Source of the DNA: Mobula hypostoma
Lineage: Eukaryota
Assembly (NCBI RefSeq): GCF_963921235.1
Contig: NC_086108.1
Span: 16,306,001 to 16,370,000 of the forward strand
Length of the DNA stretch: 64,000 nt
Reading direction: 5' to 3'
Part shown: in pieces, positions 11,207 through 22,791 of the stretch
How positions within the stretch are numbered: the stretch's first letter is position 1
How the letters are laid out: each line of letters opens with the position of its first letter
Translations under genes and position numbers: made by a program
The notes under the pieces: generated by a model
Told to the model about the DNA's origin: nothing
Databases searched by the model: none
What the model saw: only the letters and a program-made list of their open reading frames with translations

Positions 11207-13119
11207 TTTGGAATATATCTGTCTTGCACGCCCCTCATTTTTCACAGAAACTCCAGCCATTGCTGCTGTGCTGTCCTTCTTGCTAGTGTCCTTTCCAGTC
11301 AACTTTCGCCAGTTCCCCTCTCATGCCATTGTAATTTCCTTTATTCCACTGAAATACTGACACATTGGATCTTAGTTTCTCCCTCTCAAATTTTAAAGTG
11401 AACTCAATTATATTGTGATCACTGTTCCCTAAGGGTTCCTTAACCTTAAGTTCTCTTATCACCTCTGGATCATTGCACAACACCCAATCCAGCACAGCTA
11501 ATCCCCTAGTGGGCTCAACAACAAGCTATTCTAAAAAGCCATCACTTAGAATTTGTAGAATGCCTCTCTCTTAAGGTCCAGTACTAGCCTGGCTTTCCCA
11601 ATCCACTTTCATGTTATAATCCCCAACGATTATCATGAAAGTGCCCTTCTGAAACATTTTCTATATCTTGCTGTAATTTGTAATCCACATCCCAGCTGTT
11701 GTTTGAAGGCCTGTACACAACTGCCATTATGGTCTTTTCACCCTTGCCATTTCTTAACTCAACCCATAGAGACTTTACACTTTCTGATCCTATGTCATCC
11801 CTTTCTAATGATTTAATATTATTTCTTATACACAGGGCCACACCACCCCCTCTGCCTACTAACCTATCTTTCTGATGCATCATATATCCTTGGATGTTCA
11901 GCTCCCAATGGCAGCCATCCTTTAGCCAAGTTTCAGAGATGGACACAATGTCATACTTGCCAATCTGTAGCTAATTTCAAGATTGTCCATTTTATTTCTT
12001 ATGCTGCGTGCATTCAAATATAACACTTTTCAGTCCAGTATTTGTTGCTTTCTGTTGTAAATCAGCCCACTGGCTGTGACTATGCCTCATCTCCTACCTG
12101 TCCTTTCTATCATCTCTGTTGCTTGTTATCTTTGGTTTATTTCTGTTTTCCCCTTCCTCACCCCTATCACTCTGGTTCCCGTCCCCCTGCCAAATTAGTT
12201 TAAACCCTCCCTAACAGCTCTATTAAACTGCCTGCTGGATATTGGACCCCTTTGGGGTTCAGGTGTAACCCATCCTTTTTGTACAGATCATACCTCCCCC
12301 AGAAGAGGCCCCACTGATCCACAAACCCAAAGCCCTGCTCCCTACACCAGTCTCAGCCTCGTATTAATATGCCTGATCATGCTATTCTTGCGCTTGTTAA
12401 CACATGTCACAGGCAGCAATCCTGAGATTACTACCCTGGAGGTTCTGCTTTTCAGCTTCCTACCTAATTCCCTGAATTCTCTCTTCAGGACCTCCTCCCT
12501 TTTTCTACCCATGTCATTGATACCAACGTGTACCAAAACCTCTGGCTGTTCACCCTCCCCCTTCAGAATACTCTGCACCCGATCTGAGACATCCTGGCAC
12601 CTGGGAGGCAACACACCATGCGGGTATCTCTATCAGGCTGACAGAACCCCCAGTCTGTTCCCCTCACTATAGAATCCCTTATGACTACCGCATTCCTCAT
12701 CTTCTTCTCGCCTTTTTGCACCACGGAACCAGGCTCAGTGCCAGAGACCCAATCGCCGTGGTTGTCCTGTGTCAGGTCACTGCCCCCCCCGCCCCCAAAC
12801 AGCATACAAAATGAAATAACAATTACTGAGGGGGATGGCTACAGGGGTGCTCTCTACTATCTGAGCTCTTCCCTTCCCTGACAGTCACCCACTTGTCTAA
12901 CTCCTGCAGCCTCAAGAGTAACTAACTCCCTGTAGCTCCTATCTCTCTCCTGCTCACTTTCCCTAATAAGCTGTAGGTCATCAAACTGCAGCTCCAGATC
13001 CCTAACACGATCTCTCAGGAGCTACATTTCGGTGCAATTGGCGCAGATGTGGCCATCTGGAAGACTGGAAGATTCTTGAGTAGCGTAAGAGAAGGGAAAA
13101 CACAAAGGACAGATTTAGG

Positions 13120-14076
13120 CAATAGACAATAGGTGCAGGAGTAGGCCATTCAGCCCTTCGAGCCAGCACCACCATTCACTGTGATCATGGCTGATCATCC
13201 AATTCAGAACCCTGTACCTGCCTTCTCTCCATATCCCTTCACTCCGCTATCTTTAAGAGCTCTGTCTAACTCTTTCTTGAAAGAATCCAGAGAATTGGCC
13301 TCCACTGCCTTCTGAGGCAGAGCATTCCACAGAACCACAACCCTCTGTGTGAAAAAGTTTTTCCTCAACTCCGTTCTAAATTGTCTACCCCTTATTCTTA
13401 AAACTGTGGCCTCTGGTTCTGGACTCTCCCAATATTGGGAACATGTTTCCTGCCTCTAGTGTGTCCAATCCCTTAATAATCTTAGACGTTTCAATCAGAT
13501 CCCCTCTCATCCTTCTAAATTCCAGTGTATACAAGCCCAGTCGCTCCAATCTTTCAACATATGACAGTTCCGCCATTCCGGGAATTAACCTCGTGAACCT
13601 ATGCTGCACTCCCTCAATAGCTAGAACGTCCTTCCTCAAATTTGGAGACCAAAACTGTACACAATACTCCAGGTGTGGTCTCACCAGGGCCCTGAACAAC
13701 TGCAGAAGGACCTCTTTGCTCCTATACTCAACTCCCCTTGTTATGAAGGCCAACATGCCATTAGCTTTCTTCACTGCCTGCTGTACCTGCATGCTTACTT
13801 TCAGTGACTGATGAACAAGGACACCTAGATCTCGTTGTACTTCCCCTTTTCCTAATTTGACACCATTCAGGTAGTAATCTGCCTTCCTGTTCTTGCCACC
13901 AAAGTGGATAACCTCATATTTATCCACATTAAACTGCATCTGCCATGCATCTGCCCACTCACCCAACCTGTCCAAGTCAACCTGCATTCTCACAACATCC
14001 TCCTCACATTTCACACTGCCACCCAGCTTTGTGTCATCTGCAAATTTGCTAATGTTACTTTTAATCCCTTCATTTA
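13120..14076 (-). mobile_element. 5'-truncated CR1-type LINE
   Basis: Open RT C-terminus (KFADDTKLGG...RPHLEYCVQFW); tail reads caatagacaatag on the plus strand. Confidence 0.9.
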
Positions 14077-14793
14077 AATGCAAAAGAAGTAAATCTTCCT
14101 TATTCTGATGAAAGATCACCATATTGAAATGTTTCATCTGTTGCTTTTTTCATAGATATTTTCAGTGTTGCTGACTATGCAATTTTTGTTTTATTTCCTT
14201 AGTTCTAGTACTGGCAGTGGTTTCTTTTGTATTAAGATGAAACTTTCTCATTGGCCAAATCTCCCTACCTCAGTTCTCAGATTTTGTTGATTTTGTATTG
14301 TTAATCTCTCTGTGTCATCACAGAGAGGTCTAGTATTTCCTGGAATTCATCAATTATTTGGCTAGGCGAACACATGCTCAGTTTGACTGACAAAAGTTGA
14401 TGAACTTACTAGAATTCATTTAAAGATACTCAAGGTAATAAAAAAAGAGGGCAAAACGAAAATTGTACCTATCCAGTTAACTTAAACAAGGGAAAATGAC
14501 ACAGAATGTTCCTCACAATCTTTCCTCCTGAGCCCCACACAATCAGTGGAAAAATGAGATTAAGACATCTGGAGCCTGTATTGTCTGCTCTGCAGTATTA
14601 ACAGATTTTCCAAAATATTTTTGAGCTGCATCCGTTATCCAGTTATCAGGAATATTGGAATTGGAGATGGCAATTCAAATGATTTCTATTTTAACTCCAT
14701 TTTGCTTCCATGTCCATTCATACTATTGCATAAAAAAAATTAATATTTCAGTTGTAAACAGACTCTCATCACTCCATTCCCATTACTCTAGAG

Positions 14794-14872
14794 CAGGGGT
14801 TCCCAATCTTTTTATGCCATAGACCCCTACCATTAACCAAGGGGTACGTGGATCCCAGGTTGCGAATGCTCA
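14794..14872. mobile_element. hAT-type MITE (about 80 bp)
   Basis: TIR caggggttcccaa with a degenerate right TIR; 8-bp TSD ctctagag / ctccagag; inverted homologue of 44964-45043. Confidence 0.75.
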
Positions 14873-15091
14873 CTCCAGAGAAAGTTTTCAGAAAATTCAA
14901 AATGTCCATTTTCTTCGGTGTGAAGGAGTGCATCTTGGCATTAATCCTGAACATCTTAGTTCCAAATTGAACTCTTCCACAAGAGGAAACAGTTTCTCTC
15001 CATTTACTACCTTAAACATCCATTTAGATAATCTATATTCAAGGAAAAATAACTTCAGCTTGTACAATCCATCTCCATTACATAAACCTAC

Positions 15092-15288
15092 TTTGACAGC
15101 TGTCAAGGTTGACTGGTCCCTGGCAGTTTCCTCATCTGAATCATCCTGCCTGCTGCGCTTCCGCTCCATGTTAAAGCGGCGGTGGCTCTCAGATGGCAAC
15201 AGGGAGCGGAAGGATTTCTCTTCGATTTCATCTTCTGTCATTGATTCATCAAATTTCAAAGAATACTCAGTGGCAATAGAGGCTGAAT
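15092..15288 (-). CDS. CEP350: CEP350 coding exon
   Basis: Acceptor TGTCTCCAG, donor AAA|GTAGGT; 197 nt, phase 1 to 0; DSASIATEYSLKFDESMTEDEIEEKSFRSLLPSESHRRFNME..., a highly conserved CEP350 segment. Confidence 0.96.
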
Positions 15289-16619
15289 CTGGAGACAGAT
15301 CATATAGCTTAATTAGGCAAAAGAATATAAGAGTACAGTTTTCAATTTCATATTCTTATCTGAAATGTTCCCAAACTGAAGATTTGGATGTTGATAGCTG
15401 AATTGTACTTCTGAGTTAGGTAAACTAATTACATTTTGTGTTTGTGTATTTGTGAATGTCACTTCAGAGATTAAAAACTTAATGAAGTCAATATGCAACT
15501 GCATAATTGATAATGCTATGGCTAATTATGCTTTGTTTTAAAACAATGATTTCTTAACATGTTGATATGATCAAGGTTTCCACTTACTACCAATATGCTC
15601 AGAGATGAATATTATTCACTTTCTATGCAGGTACTAAGTACCGAATCCTAAGATTTTGACAATAAAGAGACAGCAATAGAAACAGAGAAATTCCAATTTT
15701 CTGTAACTACTGCTACTTGTTTAGCATGGAATCTGGCAGACAGATAATTGTGCACATGCTAATTTTACCATGCTTTCTTATCCCAGCACAGAACCAAAGA
15801 AATATGAAAGAGTCTGATTTAAACAGTGCATTTATGGACAGCTAGTTTACAGAATCCAAAATAAAAGCACCAGTGTAGGTAATTAGAATTTGACTATCAG
15901 CATTTTGTCTTAAACTCTACTCGCCAAGTTTTCATCCACTTACTTCACCTTATCTATATTATGTTGTAGAATTTAAATATCCTCAGCACAACAAGCCTTC
16001 CCATCTATTTTCATTTGGTTGCCTTCCACTCTGTCCTCTCCTCCAACCCAATCTTATACTGTCTTCAACCTCTCCTGTGAGACATAATTGTGAGCCAAAC
16101 ACAGGCAAATGGGGCTAGATTAGACGGTCATCTTGGTCAGTGTCGATGACTTGAGCTGGAGGGCCAATTTCTGTGCCGTATTATTCTATATTGGGACATA
16201 TTTTCTTGTTGGGGTTTGAGCCTTAAACATATTTTTGTTGTCAACGTATTAATTATTTAAACGTTTGTCTCTGCTTCGCCACTACCATACCCTGTAACAG
16301 TGTTTTTCAATCTACCATAGCCAGATAGCCAATTCATACTTTATATCTTAGTTTACTTTGTGTAGATTTACACAATACACAATATTACTTTAAATCTTGA
16401 TATAATGTTCTATCATATTACGATTATTCTTTCCTAAAGGTTCATTAGGACAAATGTGCAATTGAACAGTTGGTGATGGAGATATGTTCATTGGCTTCAT
16501 TGATTACCATTACCATTGACACAACTACGCAGCAAGAATACTTTCCACAGGAATCTATTGTCTTGGAAAAATTCTAAAGTTAATTACAATGAGATAATAA
16601 GAAGAACAGAAGAAATGCA

Positions 16620-17185
16620 CAAAGCAGATGCTAGAAATGCAAGCAACACACACAAAATGCTGGATGAACTCAGCAGGCCAGGCAGCATCTATGGAAAAGA
16701 ATACAGTCGATGTTTTGGGCCAACACCCTTCGGCAGGATTGGAGAAAAAAACCTTAGGATTAGATTTAAGAGGTGGGGGGAGGGGGAGAGAAACACAAGA
16801 TGATAGGTGAAACCTGAAAGGTGGCGGGGGGGGTGGGGTGAGGTAAGGATCTGGGAAGTTGATTGGTGAGAGGAATACAGGGCTGGAGAAAGGGAAGTCT
16901 GATAAAAGAGGACAGAAAGCCATGGAAGAAAGAAAAGCGGGGAAGAGCACCAGAGGGAGTAGATGAGCAGGCAAGGAGATAACATGAGAGAGGGAAAAGA
17001 GGATGGGGAATAGTAAAGGTGGACGGAGCCATGACCGGAAGTTCGAGAAATCGATGTTCATGCCATCAGTTTAGAGGCTACCCAGATGGAATACAAGGTG
17101 CTGTTTTTCCAACCTAAGTGTGGCCTCATTACAATAGTGGAGAATGCCATACAGAGACATATCAGAATGGGAAGGGGAAGTGCAA
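16620..17185 (-). mobile_element. Older PLE 3' fragment with a degenerate hammerhead
   Basis: Encodes the PLE C-terminus (...DGMNIDFSNFR); related terminal repeat; ribozyme core mutated (CTGCCGA...AAAACATC at about 16705-16740). Confidence 0.8.
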
Positions 17186-17391
17186 ACGCACGATAGTTTT
17201 CTAGAACAGCATGTTAATGCATTAAACAAGGTACAGGTCATCTTAGATCCAATACTGTGCTATGAGGAAAGGTATAAATACAGTAAAAGGCTGTTTATTT
17301 TGATCAGTTAACTGAAGTATTCCTGCACCACATTATTTTACATTGCAGTGAGTGAGGGAGAGAAAAAGGTTATCTGTGATTGCAAACTCAC

Positions 17392-17564
17392 CTTTATCAT
17401 CAGGCAAAGGCGGCATACTGGAACTTTGTATTGAGTCATCAGCTGCTGTGTGCACCTCTTCTTCAACAGAACTATCTCCCTTCTCACCTTGGGAAGCCCT
17501 GCTCTCTGCTCCCTTTTCAGAGGAAGCCAAGGAAGGACTGTCTTGAATACTGCTGCCACCACTA
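17392..17564 (-). CDS. CEP350: CEP350 coding exon
   Basis: Acceptor CTCTGTTGACTAG (tandem TAGTAG), donor G|GTGAGT; 173 nt, phase 2 to 1; SGGSSIQDSPS...EEVHTAADDSIQSSSMPPLPDDK. Confidence 0.92.
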
Positions 17565-17859
17565 CTAGTCAACAGAGGTAAAATAAAATATTAAGAGCAA
17601 AGAAACAGAATGCACACTACAGGTTCATGTCACCTACCACCGATCTGCATCTAATCTCAACAACAAAAAAAAAATTCATGTGCTCCCTGCCCCAGCACTC
17701 CCATCACCATCACCTTAAATCTATTAACATTATCCATATGAAATCAACTTCTAATCTCTTTGAAGTAAATAATTTTCTCTTGCGTGCTTTGTTGGAGTTA
17801 TTAATGACCACCATATGCATGACCAATATTCTGCCACAATATTCTCATGGAAAGGAAGC

Positions 17860-18355
17860 AAGCTATGATCAAATGGGATTTTGGCACCTCTTAACACAAA
17901 AAAATATGAGGAGTGTTTGATGGATCTGGAGCTGTACTCACTGGAATTCATAAAGATGAGGGGGTTAGATCTCATTGAAACCTATCGAATCTTGAAAGGC
18001 CTCAATGGAGTGGATGTGGAGAGGATGTTTCCTATGGTATGGGTGTCTAAAACCAGAGGACAGCCTCAGAATAGAGGGATGTCTGTTTAGAACAGAGATG
18101 AGAAGTAGTTTCTTTAGCCAGAGTGTGGTGGATCTATAGAATTCATTGCCACAGGTGACAGTGGATGCAGAGTCATTGGGTATATTTAAGGCAGAGGTTG
18201 ATAGATTCATGATTAGTCAGGCCATGAAGGGATACGGTGAGAAGGCAGGAGATTGTGGTTTAGAGGGAAATGGATCAGCCATGATGAAATGGCGGAGGAG
18301 ACTCAATGGGCCAAATGGCCTAATTTTGTTCCTATATCTTATCATCCTATGGTCT
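17860..18355 (+). mobile_element. CR1-type LINE 3' fragment
   Basis: LYSLEF...DLIETY remnant; 3' UTR similar to 2900-3025. Confidence 0.8.
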
Positions 18356-19003
18356 AAAATTGCTCAGAGCTTCACAGAGTCAAACAAATACATAAACAAA
18401 CAATAGAGAAAATATTTGGAGGGGTAAGAAGATTAAATTTACGGAGGGAAATGAAGTTAAGATGCAGAAGGGAGCAATGGAATTCCAGGGCTTAGGCTCA
18501 AAACAGCCCTGGGATACAGTGGTGGGGAAAAGATGCACAGAAACAAATAACAAAGCATATCACTGAGGAACCTGTGATGGGGACAAAGTAAAGGCAAGAG
18601 TAATAGAAAAGGTTGTGGTGTTTGCTAGAAAAGCTATCATTGAGACTAAACTGAAAGGCCCATGTGCACTCTGATGTTGAAATTCACAGCAGATCACTGC
18701 ACAAAGGTAGGTAGATCAGATGGAAATAAAACCTGGCAGGAGTCAAGATGATTGTTTGTTAGCCAATTACAGTTAAGACAGAGGCTGGAATGCAACAAAA
18801 GAAATAAAATTACATCATCCAGGTTACTTCCATCTGAGTATCATTGACTTTGCCTGTTGGTGGCATTTGAACCTTGAACAGAATGAAATCTAATGGCGAG
18901 GGGCAGGACTTCTGCCTCCAGGCAATGAGTAACAGCTAGAGTTTGCGAATATTTTAATAAGGAAAGTACTGTAAAGAAACAAAATTTTAAAAAATGATCA
19001 CAC

Positions 19004-19126
19004 CTTTGATCATGATGTTTATATCTGGATGACTCAGACAGGCTGTCTAATGAAGCTGAATAGTGAACTTTAGAGTCATGTGATTTCTCCACAGGACCAA
19101 TAGACGAAGGGCTATTGTTACTCCTC
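19004..19126 (-). CDS. CEP350: CEP350 coding exon
   Basis: Acceptor TTTCTTGGTAG, donor AG|GTGTGA; 123 nt, phase 2 to 2; RSNNSPSSIGPVEKSHDSKVHYSASLDSLSESSRYKHHDQ. Confidence 0.88.
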
Positions 19127-19332
19127 CTACCAAGAAATAAGAGGGGAAAATCATACAGGTCAGTTCACCACCATTGATTTACTTAGTTTAATTCTTTTTC
19201 CATCTTGCCAAAATACTTATAACAAGTTTTCTATTAAAATATACTTCACAGGGGCTCCTTCAAGGTTCTCAATTTAAAGTACCAAGCAAATTTCATTAAT
19301 TATGGGACACAGTTATTGCTAGAGTTTTTTTA

Positions 19333-19782
19333 TAGGCATCCATTAGTCTCATGAGACCATAGATTTGCGCCTTGGAAAGTTTCCAGGGCGCAGGCCTGGG
19401 CAAGGTTGTATGGAAGACCAGCAGTTGCCCATGCTGCAAGTCTCCCCTCTCCATGCCACCAATGTTGTCCAAGGGAAGGGCATTAGGACCCATACAGCTT
19501 GGCACTGGTGTCATTGCACAGCAATGTGTAGTTAAGTGCCTTGCTCAAGGACACACACGCTACCTCAGCCAAGGCTCGAACTAGTGACCTTCAAATCACT
19601 AGATGAACACCTTAACCACTTCAAACAACAGGAATTCTGCAGATGCTGGAAATTCAAGCAACACACATGAAAGTTGCTGGTGAACGCAGCAGGCCAGGCA
19701 GCATCTCTAGGAAGAGGTGCAGTCGACGTTTCAGGCCGAGACCCTTCGTCAGGACCTTAACCACTTGGCCACGCGCCAACAC
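19333..19782 (-). mobile_element. tRNA-headed SINE with bipartite RTE-derived body, interrupted by a PLE mini-insertion
   Basis: A box TGGCCAAGTGG (19771-19761) and B box GTTCGAGCC (about 19581-19573); body matches the RTE 5' UTR (22985-23116) and RTE 3' end (26523-26571). Confidence 0.85.
19622..19753 (-). mobile_element. PLE terminal-repeat mini-insertion (132 bp) with hammerhead core
   Basis: 13-bp TSD accttaaccactt (19609-19621 / 19754-19766); starts C-CTGACGA on the minus strand; hammerhead spans 19721-19756. Confidence 0.9.
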
Positions 19783-20007
19783 ACAGAGTAGGCCAGTATG
19801 TATTGACATCCCAAATTGCCTGTCATGGTGAGCTTTAATCCTTCTGAAGTTACTCTCGGCACACTGGCCTGGGAGTTCCAGCATCTAGACCCAGTGCCAA
19901 TGAAGGACCAACAATGTATTTCAAATCAGGACTATGCAGGACGGGCTACTTGCTGTACCTACTGCTCATCACGTTCTTGATTGCCAGGTGTTATCAGAGT
20001 GGAAGAG

Positions 20008-21037
20008 GGGACTAGTGGGGTACCGCAAGGCTTAGTGCTGGGACCCCAGTTGTTTACAATATATATTAATGACTTGGATGAGGGAATTAAATGCAGCATC
20101 TCCAAGTTTGCGGATGACACGAAGCTGGGTGGCAGTGTTAGCAGTGAGGAGGATGCTAAGAGGATGCAGGGTGACTTGGATAGGTTGGGTGAGTGGGCAA
20201 ACTCGTGGCAGATGCAATTTAATGTGGATAAATGTGAAGTTATCCACTTTGGTGGCAAAAATAGGAAAACAGATTATTATCTGAATGGTGGCCGATTAGG
20301 AAAAGGGGAGGTGCAACGAGACCTGGGTGTCATTATACACCAGTCATTGAAAGTGGGCATGCAGGTACAGCAGGCGGTGAAAAAGGCGAACGGTATGCTG
20401 GCATTTATAGCGAGAGGATTCGAGTACAGGAGCAGGGAGGTACTACTGCAGTTGTACAAGGCCTTGGTGAGACCACACCTGGAGTATTGTGTGCAGTTTT
20501 GGTCCCCTAATCTGAGGAAAGACATCTTTGCCATAGAGGGAGTACAAAGAAGGTTCACCAGATTGATTCCTGGGATGGCAGGTCTTTCATATGAAGAAAG
20601 ACTGGATGAACTGGGCTTGTACTCGTTGGAATTTAGAAGATTGAGGGGGGATCTGATTGAAACGTATAAGATCCTAAAGGGATTGGACAGGCTAGATGCG
20701 GGAAGATTGTTCCCGATGTTGGGGAGGTCCAGAACGAGGGGCCACAGTTTGAGGATAGAGGGGAAGCCTTTTAGGACCGAGATTAGGAAAAACTTCTTCA
20801 CACAGAGAGTGGTGAATCTGTGGAATTCTCTGCCACAGCAAACTGTTGAGGCCAGTTCATTAGCTATGTTTAAAAGGAAGTTAGATATGGCCCTTGTGGC
20901 TACAGGGGTCAGGGGGTATGGAGGGAAGGCTGGGTTCTGAGTTGGATGATCAGCCATGATCATAATAAATGGCGGTGCAGGCTCGAAGGGCCGAATGGCC
21001 TACTCCTGCACCTATTTTCTATGTTTCTATGTTTCTA
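20008..21037 (+). mobile_element. Young 5'-truncated CR1-type LINE
   Basis: Uninterrupted RT C-terminal ORF to the stop at 20940 (SGVPQG, FADDTK); tail (TTCTATGT)n; nearly identical to 42107-43140. Confidence 0.93.
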
Positions 21038-21940
21038 TAACTGCAGTGAATTTTGAAGAATATGAACTTCAGTTGCCATGTGCCACCAGTGGAAGAAATG
21101 AATGCTTACTCCATGAATGAGTGGAAGAATGAAATGATGGGTTGCTTTATCCTGGATAGTGTTAAGCTTCTTAAGTGCCATTTAAGTACACTTATCCAGC
21201 AAGAAATAAATATTCCATTGTATTGCAAATGGTGAAAAGTCTTTGGGATTCAAAAAGTGCATTACAGCCTCCTATCTGTTCACACCACAAATAATTTTCA
21301 GATCACCTAAGATGTTCATGATGAAGATTCTGCAGCAGTAATTCATAGAATAATGAATGTGGGTTTATACTCTCACATTGGGGACTATTACCAAGTGCTT
21401 ATGATGACAATATCATTTCCCACATCCCACATACATGAATGCTGCCCTCGCCTTATTCCAGGCAGGCATGATTAATTTCTTCTTTTGATAAACTGTGAAT
21501 AGAATTAAATGTGTCCAATTATCAAGCATCCACATATTTTGATGAAAGGTTATTCAATGGTGAACATGATTAGGTCTAGGATAGTAACATTTGAAATTCC
21601 CATTACAATTTTCTGACCCTGAAATGACTGACATCCAACAATCTCAACCATTCTCTGTGCAGGATGAAACTCCAGCTGGTGCTGAATTTTCCTCAGGATT
21701 CTCAATTACTTAAGTTTTACCAAGTTCCTTGATGTTATACTCAAGTAAATCTTGCTTTAGAGTTGAGGTGAATTATCTCCAACTTCACCTCTGGAATTTA
21801 GCTTTAATGTCCATGTTTGGAACAGGATTGCAATTAGCTACATTCTCCTGATGCAATTGAGTATGTACTTATTCATAAATAAATGCCACACGACAGCACT
21901 GTTATTAATGCTTTCCATCACTTTGCTGATGTGACCTGAC
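21038..21940 (-). mobile_element. Highly degenerate ancient LINE fragment (probably continuous with about 19800-20007)
   Basis: Only LINE-like sequence texture, no intact ORF; family not assignable. Confidence 0.3.
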
Positions 21941-22791
21941 ATTTTCCAAATCTGAATCCAGGTCAATGCTGGCTTAATTTTGTTTAAGCATAGGTGTTTT
22001 TGATGGGCCATTTAAGAAAAAAGATATGAAAAGGATGGCAGCATTTTTAAAAAAATACTTTACAATAACTTTGTTGTAAATTTCATCTTAATTCACTGAA
22101 TTTAAATTTGTCAAATAAATTCGAATGCTCCATTCTATCCCAGACTGAATAACAATGGCTGAAATGCTTGACTGAGATTTTGAAGACTTGGGTACTTTCC
22201 AAGACAGATTTTGCAGAATATAGTAAAACTGCTTATAAACATTGTTCTGTCTGTAAGAATTCTACTTAAAAAATTAAAAAGGACTGAGTGACAGCATTAA
22301 AGTGGTTACATTACTGCATGTCCAGTGACTTGGACTATTGACCCAGAGAATGGTTGTTACTGGGAGATTTAGAGTCATGGAGTCATAGATAGAAACTGCT
22401 TTGGAACAGCCCTCATGACAACCATAAAGTATCTACTTTCATAAATCCTATTTTATTCACCCAACATTCTCTTCAATTCCCCCTTTACTTCTAGCAGCCA
22501 AATAAGAACAACTTAAAGCAGTCATTTAATCTACCAAGCTGCGTGTTTTTGGGATGTGGTGGAAACATAAGCATCTGCAGAACCCACTGATTTCCTGGGA
22601 AAATCAGAGAATCTGAATGAAAAGAGCTATGAACAAGTAGCTCAACTGACTGCCTTGCAATACCATCTATTTAAATTCAGGTAGCTAAAGAAATAAGGAA
22701 TAAAAACCCGGAGGATGACTGAATTGGCTTATTTACATATTTTTAGAGAATCTGCCATCTCTCACTATTTGGCCTATAGATTATAAATATT

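Larger units (their letters stand above)
3765..13080 (-). mobile_element. Near full-length CR1-type LINE split by three nested insertions (hAT, PLE, Helitron)
   Basis: Tail at about 3765; RT pieces 3900-5355 (DFQKAFDKV); connecting pieces 7535-7729 and 10082-10259; endonuclease 11207-12050 (ISETWL); ORF1 SGNH esterase-like 12190-12800 (VLVHVGIND). The sequence is continuous across each insertion site. Confidence 0.85.

Noticed and set aside
14897..15401. ORF-track extensions around CEP350 exons and overlapping plus-strand ORFs
   Set aside because: Extensions past splice sites are intronic read-through; only the GT-AG bounded, phase-consistent parts were kept.
20277..20963. Long antisense ORFs over CR1 and PLE copies (also 13443, 41950, 8787, 37449)
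   Set aside because: Shadow or alternate frames of RT coding sequence with no independent evidence.
21017..21037. Short tandem repeats such as (TTCTATGT)n, (TATGGTCT)n and (CCATAA)n as CRISPR, telomeric or satellite arrays
   Set aside because: They are two or three unit microsatellite tails at CR1 3' ends; no spacers, and the context is eukaryotic.
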